Below are positions 57,864 through 64,000 of a DNA stretch of 64,000 nucleotides, in pieces. Source of the stretch: a virus. Each line of letters begins with the position of its first letter. The first letter of the stretch is position 1. The notes beneath the pieces are model-generated. The model saw nothing but the letters and a program-made list of their open reading frames with translations. It made no database searches and was not told the DNA's origin. The translations under genes were made by a program, and so were the position numbers. The DNA lies in IMG/VR virus record IMGVR_UViG_3300009183_005911, positions 4,322-68,321 of that record; one strand, written 5' to 3'.

Positions 57864-58064
57864 ATGAATAAACTTAAACAAAATAAGTCTCGCGAGTTTG
57901 TTATCTTTAGTGAAGATGGATTCTTTACCGGATTTAAAAAAGGTGGACAAGCTCAATGGTCAATGGAGATAGAAAAGGGTAAGCCGTTTGATAGAGAGAG
58001 TAAGTTAAGAGCATTACAATATAACGTGGGTAATAAAGAATTATTAATTGAATACTTAAATTAA
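57864..58064 (+). CDS. hypothetical protein
   Basis: 66 aa; promoter at 57815-57845. Confidence 0.55.
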   Translation: MNKLKQNKSREFVIFSEDGFFTGFKKGGQAQWSMEIEKGKPFDRESKLRALQYNVGNKELLIEYLN

Positions 58065-58070
58065 AAAACT

Positions 58071-58301
58071 ATGTTAAATAAAATTGAAATTAGATTGATA
58101 GACGATCAAGGCAATATGTCTAAGTCCTTTATCGATTATAGAGGTTATACTAAGATGTTAGTTGAACATAAGATTGATATGATCAACGATGCACTTGTAG
58201 AAATGGTAGCTCACTATAACTATAAGAAGGAGTTGGAGATAAAAGTAAAAAAAGATCCGATAGTAGAGCACGAGGCAAAGGGTGCGCCGCATAAGCATTA
58301 A
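58071..58301 (+). CDS. hypothetical protein
   Basis: 76-aa ORF. Confidence 0.5.
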   Translation: MLNKIEIRLIDDQGNMSKSFIDYRGYTKMLVEHKIDMINDALVEMVAHYNYKKELEIKVKKDPIVEHEAKGAPHKH

Positions 58302-58399
58302 GGGTCGTCGCGATCACACATATATATATTTTATTAAATACCTCTTCAAGACCCTCCGGAATCTGGATGTATATGTCTTGAGTACTAAAACCATTTGCG

Positions 58400-58987
58400 A
58401 TGAACATAAAGACTATCGAGAATTTTATCACTATACCGGAGTGTGATTTATTGGTAAGTTGGTTTAGGGAGAATATAAACAATAAGGGGCGGGAGAATAT
58501 CTCCTCTCAATTCAACTACAAACAAATCGATCATACCTCTATAGATAATAAGAGGGTGTGGGGTGTGATGGAGAAGTATAGGTGGAAGGTAGCTATCGCA
58601 GCCTCAAAGCATTACAATTATGATTTACTCTACCCCGAGTACTCGGATTTAGTAATATGGAGACAGGGGGAGGAGATGGCATTACATGCCGATAACTGGG
58701 ATTATATCAACAACAAACCATTTAATGTGGATTTATATTTCAGAGAGGTGAGCTGCCTGGTTTATTTAAATGATGATTTTAAAGGGGGTGAGACGTTTTT
58801 CGAGGATGGTTCAATGATCACACCAAAGAAGGGGATGCTTAGTATGTTTCCATCCGATCTCACCCACAAGCATGGGGTTAAGAAGGTAGCGGAAGGTGTT
58901 CGATATACATTTCCATCGTGGTTGACTAGTCATGAGAATATAATTCATCAAAGAGTTGGTAGTTATTTTAAAAATAGCTATCTTTAG
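58400..58987 (+). CDS. 2OG-Fe(II) oxygenase (prolyl 4-hydroxylase-like)
   Basis: LHAD, YLNDDFKGGET, HKHGV, RYT. Confidence 0.87.
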   Translation: MNIKTIENFITIPECDLLVSWFRENINNKGRENISSQFNYKQIDHTSIDNKRVWGVMEKYRWKVAIAASKHYNYDLLYPEYSDLVIWRQGEEMALHADNWDYINNKPFNVDLYFREVSCLVYLNDDFKGGETFFEDGSMITPKKGMLSMFPSDLTHKHGVKKVAEGVRYTFPSWLTSHENIIHQRVGSYFKNSYL

Positions 58988-59003
58988 TTAAATAATAAAA
59001 GGT

Positions 59004-59210
59004 ATGAAAACGTTCTTACTTATCTATTGGATCGCGACAACTATCATTGGAGTTATATGGATTGCAAAGCACCCCTCAAGTAGGCGCGGTGATGATGTGG
59101 AGTACATTACTCTATTTGAAATAATTGCAATGGTATTTCCAGCCGCTATCGTATCGTGGGTAATGGTACCTATGATGTTATTAAATGAAATTAAGTTTAA
59201 GCGTAAGTAA
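59004..59210 (+). CDS. small membrane protein
   Basis: Two TM helices; promoter at 58956-58986. Confidence 0.55.
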   Translation: MKTFLLIYWIATTIIGVIWIAKHPSSRRGDDVEYITLFEIIAMVFPAAIVSWVMVPMMLLNEIKFKRK

Positions 59211-59262
59211 TACGGATAACGATAAAGGAGAAGAATTATTTAAACAACTAAGATTAATTGAT

Positions 59263-59601
59263 ATGGCAAATGCTAAACAAGAACTACTAGGTATGCTCGA
59301 AAGAGTAGGCGGTGTAATTAAATGTGCGACCATTCGTCGTGGACAGCATTATTGGCATGATGAAGAGACGCAGAATATGCTTGATAGAGATTTAAAAGAA
59401 GGGTATACTCCTGCGGAGTATGAAGAGTTTTTAGATCGATTAGACTTCGAATACGATAACGGATACGGAGGACAGGAGTTATTTGGTACGATATGGCTTA
59501 CAAAAGAGAATACATGGTTAGAGAGAGGGGAATATGATGGATCAGAGTGGTGGGCATATAGAGTATGTCCTCAGATTCTAGATACCTTAAAAGCGGATTA
59601 A
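59263..59601 (+). CDS. hypothetical phage protein
   Basis: MANAKQEL...YDNGYGGQELFGTIW...RGEYDGSEWW; likely start at 59263. Confidence 0.6.
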   Translation: MANAKQELLGMLERVGGVIKCATIRRGQHYWHDEETQNMLDRDLKEGYTPAEYEEFLDRLDFEYDNGYGGQELFGTIWLTKENTWLERGEYDGSEWWAYRVCPQILDTLKAD

Positions 59602-59602
59602 T

Positions 59603-60287
59603 ATGAAGATTTTACACATAAGCGATACCCATGGTATGCATGATCTATTTCCTAAAGAGAGATTTGAAGGAATAGATATGGTGATACATAGCGGTGATTG
59701 CTCTAATAGTCCGTTCCTAGAGTCTTCTAAAAGAGAAATAAAAGAGTTTTTAGAATGGTATGGTAAGGTTCCTGTCAAGTATAAGATATTTGTAGCAGGT
59801 AATCATGATACAGCTATAGCTAGAAAACAAATAGAGCATTCTGATATGCTATTGAAGGATATTATCTACCTAGAGAATGAGTCTATTGAAATAGAAGGAC
59901 TAAAGATATGGGGCTCACCTATTACACCTACGTTTGGTGATTGGTCCTTTATGAAAGCTAGAGACAAGACACATTTTGTATGGGATACTATTCCAGATGA
60001 TAGACATATTAGTTGTACACGGACCTCCTAAAGGTGTCCGCGATCTATCTTATAATAGAGATAACGATTTAGAGATGTGTGGTGATAAATCTCTTGTAAC
60101 AGCTGTAATGAGAGTAAAGCCAAAGTTAATGTTATTTGGACATATACATAACTGTAAAGATATTGAAAATCAAGGAGTTAGTACCTATCATAGACTACCA
60201 AACACAAAGTTCTCTAACGCATCATGTGTAGAGGATGGAAAGTTTGACTATGGATTAACCTCATTCGGTAATATATTTAAATTATAG
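59603..60287 (+). CDS. metallophosphoesterase (frameshift near 60001)
   Basis: SDTH, HSGD, GNHD in the first frame; DILVVHGPP and FGHIH in the second. Confidence 0.82.
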
Positions 60288-60291
60288 ACAT

Positions 60292-60507
60292 ATGGAAGCG
60301 AAAGAGAAAGCATTAGAGTTATATAGGTACTACGAGCAATTAGGTAGAGACTTTACAAGAGGAGTATCGATGATAGAATTTGCAAAGCTATGTGCATCAA
60401 AAGCAGTAGATGAAATCATAATGGAAAGAGAAGTAATTTATGCTTCTATAGGAATACCGCAAGGTGAATTTTGGTTTAAAGTAAAAGCAGAAATAGAAGC
60501 ATTATGA
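60292..60507 (+). CDS. hypothetical protein (paralog of next gene)
   Basis: KEKA.EL...AK.CA..AV.EI...W..VK.EIEAL. Confidence 0.6.
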   Translation: MEAKEKALELYRYYEQLGRDFTRGVSMIEFAKLCASKAVDEIIMEREVIYASIGIPQGEFWFKVKAEIEAL

Positions 60508-60752
60508 CACCAAAAGAAAAAGCACAAGAATTATTTGATAAAATGCATATAGAAATATATAATAGAGATATGTATAATGATTTATTTAGAGCTAAACAAT
60601 GTGCATTAATAGCTGTTAATGAAATATTAGAACTAAAAGAAACGCAAGAAGAATATCAAATACAATATGACAATGGGGAATGGAGTAGAGAACTTGGATA
60701 TAGATATTCAAAATATTGGCAAGAAGTTAAACAAGAAATAGAAGCATTATGA
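60504..60752 (+). CDS. hypothetical protein (paralog of previous gene)
   Basis: MTPKEKAQEL...AKQCALIAVNEI...YWQEVKQEIEAL. Confidence 0.6.
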   Translation: MTPKEKAQELFDKMHIEIYNRDMYNDLFRAKQCALIAVNEILELKETQEEYQIQYDNGEWSRELGYRYSKYWQEVKQEIEAL

Positions 60753-60928
60753 TAGTAGTTTATACGCAGGATACGCTTAAGATGCTAGGGGAATTCCCTA
60801 AGCCTACAAGAGTTGGACAGACAAGTAAAGGAGCTTATATCGTATACGAATTCCCAAGTAAAGAAGAGCAAAAGAAGCACATAATAGACATAATGAAAGA
60901 AGATGAGGAAAATGGATTATATATTTAA
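60749..60928 (+). CDS. small hypothetical protein (59 aa, not in ORF track)
   Basis: ATGA overlap with previous gene; ends IMKEDEENGLYI. Confidence 0.5.
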   Translation: MIVVYTQDTLKMLGEFPKPTRVGQTSKGAYIVYEFPSKEEQKKHIIDIMKEDEENGLYI

Positions 60929-60937
60929 ATAAGTTAT

Positions 60938-61231
60938 ATGAGTATATCATTAGATAGTGGACATTTAACAATGAAGAGTAGTACTAAAGCTACTATCCAA
61001 GGTTCTATTAAAATAGCAGGAACGAATACAGTACTACCTATAACAATCCAAGGAGAGTTCAAAGACATTCCAGCATCTTTACATGAAATCTATATGCGTG
61101 CTATGTTAAATTCGTATGGTAATGTAACCGTACGTAGGAATGAAGATAAAGAGCCAATGACGATCAAAGAAAAGAAGAGTGAGTGGAGATTGAATAGGCT
61201 AGTTGAGATAATAACATCAGTTTTAAAATAA
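60938..61231 (+). CDS. hypothetical protein
   Basis: 97-aa ORF. Confidence 0.55.
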   Translation: MSISLDSGHLTMKSSTKATIQGSIKIAGTNTVLPITIQGEFKDIPASLHEIYMRAMLNSYGNVTVRRNEDKEPMTIKEKKSEWRLNRLVEIITSVLK

Positions 61232-61236
61232 GATAT

Positions 61237-61755
61237 ATGAAAACAGCAATGCAAGAGTTGATTGAAAAATTAGCTATTAAAAGTGGTGATTCGTTTTATG
61301 CTTTAACTTTCTACCACGATAATGATGAAATAATTAAAGAAGCACTTGAAAAAGAAAAAAAGCAGATATGTAATGCTTATACTGATGGATTAGAAGGCCC
61401 ATATATTGGAGCAGAGGAATACCATATCCGAACTTATAACCAAAAAGGTATTGATGCAGGAACATTTATAGCAGATTTATTGACAAAAGATCTAGAGGAA
61501 TTAGGTGATGAGGATTTAGAACCTAGAGAAGATAATAGGGTCAATGAGCTATTAAACGAGTACAAAATACCGCAGACAAAAGAAAGACTACCAGAGCTTA
61601 GAGATCAAGAGTCAAACAGTCAAGATCTAGCCATAGATCCAGTACTAAGACCCATAGAAGGATATAAAGAAGAAGACATAGATAAAGAGATGAAGATAGA
61701 GAGAGGAGATATAAACTTTATGTATAAATGGATAAGAAGTAAATCTGGTAAATAA
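61237..61755 (+). CDS. hypothetical protein
   Basis: MKTAMQELIE...EKEKKQICNAY pattern. Confidence 0.55.
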   Translation: MKTAMQELIEKLAIKSGDSFYALTFYHDNDEIIKEALEKEKKQICNAYTDGLEGPYIGAEEYHIRTYNQKGIDAGTFIADLLTKDLEELGDEDLEPREDNRVNELLNEYKIPQTKERLPELRDQESNSQDLAIDPVLRPIEGYKEEDIDKEMKIERGDINFMYKWIRSKSGK

Positions 61756-62197
61756 AGATATATGAATAATCTAACACTACTTACTGCTATAAGGCTAATC
61801 AATAAGATGGTTAAAGTAAGCAAGGTACATATTCATACTACAGACAACAACGCAAAAGTAGTATGGAGCTTTAAAATAGATGAATTAAGGTAAATAAGAT
61901 ATATGATAGTAGACAAAGTACTTACCATAGGCATTATAACGGTATCCTTTATGTCACTATACCTAATAGATGATATAATAGAGAAAAGGAAACGAAACAA
62001 GTAGATCATTAGACAAATGCTAATAGAACCATATAAAATGGTAGATAGCCTGTAGGCTACGTCTAAAAACAATGTTAATGTATAGAGAAGATTTAATAGA
62101 AGCGGGTTTGAAGTAGTAAAAATCTAAAGACCAATGGAGAACGGTAGACATTCTCTAATGATTGGCTAATTTGTTAGACATTAACAACTTTTTTATT

Positions 62198-62271
62198 TCG
62201 ATTCGAGTATATATCGATAATCGATCCTACCGGACTTCGATGTCGATCGATCCCACTAGCTAGCCCGTCGA
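62198..62271. repeat. cluster of eight TCGA palindromes
   Basis: TCGA at 62198, 62203, 62214, 62221, 62237, 62243, 62247 and 62268. Confidence 0.8.
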
Positions 62272-62366
62272 AGGGAGTTGTCGGCCTGAAAGAAAGTTCG
62301 TATCTTTATAGTACCAGCTGGTCGGTCCTGGCCTCAAGCTATTTATAACCGTAGAATACAATTGAA

Positions 62367-62714
62367 TTGTATGCCCGTAAAGAAGACACTATGCTAAAAG
62401 AAGAAGGATCGAAAGGATATTCAGTATTCGAGATTACGAATACGAAAAATGGTAGAAAACACTTCATGGTATCATCCAGCTATAATGAGGATAATATCCT
62501 ATCTGGAATTAGAACCTATGTTAATTCAAAGTCAGTGGGAGGAGGTGCTAAAGCTCTAGCCCAAGACATTAAAGGTGCCGGTAAGGACTACGATGAGCAT
62601 TTCACTGTCAAGCAACAGGGTGCGGGTATGTCCAAAGAGGCTGCCGAGAAGAGACGTGCCGAACTAGTTAATAAGGCTGGCGAGGTATATAATCAAGAGA
62701 TACAGGTATCTTAG
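62367..62714 (+). CDS. degenerate GIY-YIG-like protein
   Basis: GYSVFEITNTKNGRKHF...ALAQDI...HFTV...YN resembles the GIY-YIG fold without its catalytic residues; ATG at 62391 is an alternative start. Confidence 0.5.
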   Translation: MYARKEDTMLKEEGSKGYSVFEITNTKNGRKHFMVSSSYNEDNILSGIRTYVNSKSVGGGAKALAQDIKGAGKDYDEHFTVKQQGAGMSKEAAEKRRAELVNKAGEVYNQEIQVS

Positions 62715-62751
62715 TGTCCATATGTACCATAGAATACAATGCAATTGTAAC

Positions 62752-62973
62752 CTAGAGACCTAGCCCTTCGTACTTCAATAAAGCATTTGCTGTGTAGCGA
62801 TGAATCTGATTCAAGCTAGTCATCTTAGAAACCTCTGTAAGCATCTTAGCTCTATCCTCTGCCTTAATACCAGATCCTGATACGTGACTCAAGAAGAGAG
62901 TTCGGGCCGTCTGTACATCGGTAGCCGAAAAGACTGCCTCTGCAACAATAGCTAATGTTGATTTAATTTTCAT
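62752..62973 (-). CDS. hypothetical protein
   Basis: 73 aa; minus-strand promoter-like element at 62990-63020. Confidence 0.65.
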   Translation of the reverse strand: MKIKSTLAIVAEAVFSATDVQTARTLFLSHVSGSGIKAEDRAKMLTEVSKMTSLNQIHRYTANALLKYEGLGL

Positions 62974-63160
62974 TATCTTAATTTAGACCTTAATATAAGG
63001 ACATTCTTCCAGACCTCCAACCTTTCCTATATATTTATTTCATTTAAAAACTACCGTGTAAGCTACCTCCGATCTCTCCACCCTTTTCATCGGGCGCCTA
63101 TCTCTAGAGAGATTACATAAAGTTAGGAGTTATATTTCAAACTCCCAACTAAAGTTTTAA

Positions 63161-63289
63161 TTAAATTTCGTAATAACTAATCCCATTTACTACTATAAAA
63201 TTTTTATTATTTTTTAGAGAAATGTAAGTTTTATTTTCTAGAGTAATAGTAGAAAATAAATTTGATTTTTGGATTTTGAAAGTTTTCAT
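63161..63289 (-). CDS. small hypothetical protein (42 aa, not in ORF track)
   Basis: MKTFKIQKSNLFSTITLENKTYISLKNNKNFIVVNGISYYEI; downstream of minus-strand promoter 63312-63342. Confidence 0.5.
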   Translation of the reverse strand: MKTFKIQKSNLFSTITLENKTYISLKNNKNFIVVNGISYYEI

Positions 63290-63311
63290 TTTTTTGATTT
63301 TTGATTATGAC

Positions 63312-63342
63312 TAAAGGTAAGGAATCCTTTCCATCTTTCCAA
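63312..63342 (-). promoter_or_regulatory. leftward promoter TTG-N20-TACCTTTA
   Basis: Exact spacing; a second leftward copy at 63118-63148. Confidence 0.6.
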
Positions 63343-63384
63343 CTTTATTTAATAAAAATAATTTAAATTTATATATATTATTAT

Positions 63385-63415
63385 TTGGTAGAATGGAATA
63401 AAAGTATTAATTTTA
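63385..63415 (+). promoter_or_regulatory. promoter TTG-N20-TAATTTTA
   Basis: Exact spacing; part of a ~65-nt promoter/leader unit repeated at 63812-63881. Confidence 0.65.
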
Positions 63416-63437
63416 TGTAAATTAAAAATTAAAAGTT

Positions 63438-63812
63438 ATGAAAAAATTTAAATTGGTTTATTGGAGTGATTGTAGAGGGATGGAAATTAATGGTATAAGT
63501 GTAGAGAAGTTTAAAGATGGTAGAGATGTATTAGAGAGTTTAATTGAGAGTAAAATAGAGGATGATAGAGATGGAGAGGGGTGGTGTGATTATGTAAGTG
63601 GTATGATTAATGATGGTAAGGGTATGTGGTTGAGTGATAAGAAGGAATGGGAAGATATATTTGTAATAGGAGATTTAGATAAGGAAGTATTTGAAATTAA
63701 TTTTTGTAATGAATTAAATAGTTGTTTGGTTGTAAGGGAGGATAGTGAGTATTTTAATAGAAGATTTGATTTAGATTTATTAGAAGAAGTAGAAAATAAA
63801 TATGGTATTTAA
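63438..63812 (+). CDS. acidic hypothetical protein encoded without cytosine
   Basis: 124-aa ORF with promoter and AAAAGTTATG start context; contains no Ala, Pro, Thr, Gln or His. Confidence 0.75.
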   Translation: MKKFKLVYWSDCRGMEINGISVEKFKDGRDVLESLIESKIEDDRDGEGWCDYVSGMINDGKGMWLSDKKEWEDIFVIGDLDKEVFEINFCNELNSCLVVREDSEYFNRRFDLDLLEEVENKYGI

Positions 63813-63813
63813 T

Positions 63814-63844
63814 TTGGTAGATTGGAAAAAAGTATGTATATTTA
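63814..63844 (+). promoter_or_regulatory. promoter TTG-N20-TATATTTA
   Basis: Exact spacing; near-duplicate of the 63385 unit. Confidence 0.65.
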
Positions 63845-63872
63845 GTAAATTAAAAATTAAAAAATAAAAGTT

Positions 63873-64000
63873 ATGAAAAAAGTATTTAAAGATTATTTAG
63901 AAATTTATGTTGGAAGTAGAGGGGGAATTGAAGATGTAAGTATTAAGAGTTTTGATGTAATTGAAGATTATTTGGAATTTAAGAGTAATGAGAATAAGGA
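63873..64000 (+). CDS. second C-less ORF (3' end outside window)
   Basis: MKKVFKDYLEIYVGSRGGIEDVSIKSFDVIEDYLEFKSNENK..., open to the window end. Confidence 0.65.
   Translation, partial: MKKVFKDYLEIYVGSRGGIEDVSIKSFDVIEDYLEFKSNENK

Larger units (their letters stand above)
63344..64000 (+). other. cytosine-free tract (657 nt, runs off the window edge)
   Basis: Last C on the + strand is at 63343; only A, G and T occur afterwards. Confidence 0.95.

Noticed and set aside
63040-63090. 16-codon minus-strand ORF MKRVERSEVAYTVVFK behind promoter 63118-63148
   Set aside because: Too short to support as a CDS; the transcript could equally be a small RNA or a leader.
1-64000. Bacterial chromosome interpretation (groEL, iscU, rpsU, ssrA, gmd)
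   Set aside because: These genes are isolated from their usual operons and mixed with many tiny unknown ORFs, phage-type PolA, a DpdA-like gene and unidirectional packing. This fits a large phage better, although no capsid or terminase gene is in the window.
1-64000. Alternative genetic code (TAG/TGA reassignment)
   Set aside because: Conserved genes are full length in the standard code and TAG/TGA end genes at expected positions; the broken genes change frame rather than read through.
63344-64000. C-to-T deamination or bisulfite-type artefact as the cause of the C-free tract
   Set aside because: Wholesale conversion would turn CAA/CAG/CGA into stops and leave TTN codons from Ser/Pro in excess, yet the ORFs stay open with AGT serines and intact promoters. 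Judged unlikely, but a read-level check is still needed.

Overview
This is an AT-rich, densely coding segment, almost all on the + strand, most consistent with a large lytic dsDNA phage of a Bacteroidota host. The host call rests on Bacteroidota-type TTG-N20-TAnnTTTA promoters, mostly Shine-Dalgarno-less starts, a phage bS21 and a tmRNA. Left to right: (1) a complete 7-deazaguanine DNA-modification cluster (queD/E/C/F, folE, a DpdA-like transglycosylase, a PurN-like formyltransferase and a P-loop kinase) beside bS21, dUTPase/dCTP deaminase and a family A DNA polymerase; (2) Hsp20-GroES-GroEL and an IscU-ferredoxin-IscA module; (3) an exported/outer-membrane module (nuclease, CsgG-like proteins, cohesin/dockerin-like protein, beta-barrels); (4) tmRNA, three tRNAs and two enlarged tRNA-like RNAs; (5) a 17 kb glycosylation island; (6) many small accessory ORFs. 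The most striking observation is at the right edge. Positions 63344-64000 (657 nt) contain no cytosine on the + strand, yet carry two promoter-driven ORFs that lack Ala, Pro, Thr, Gln and His, so their template strand has no guanine. Four small frameshifts suggest some assembly indel error. All calls come from reading motifs by eye; no searches were run.
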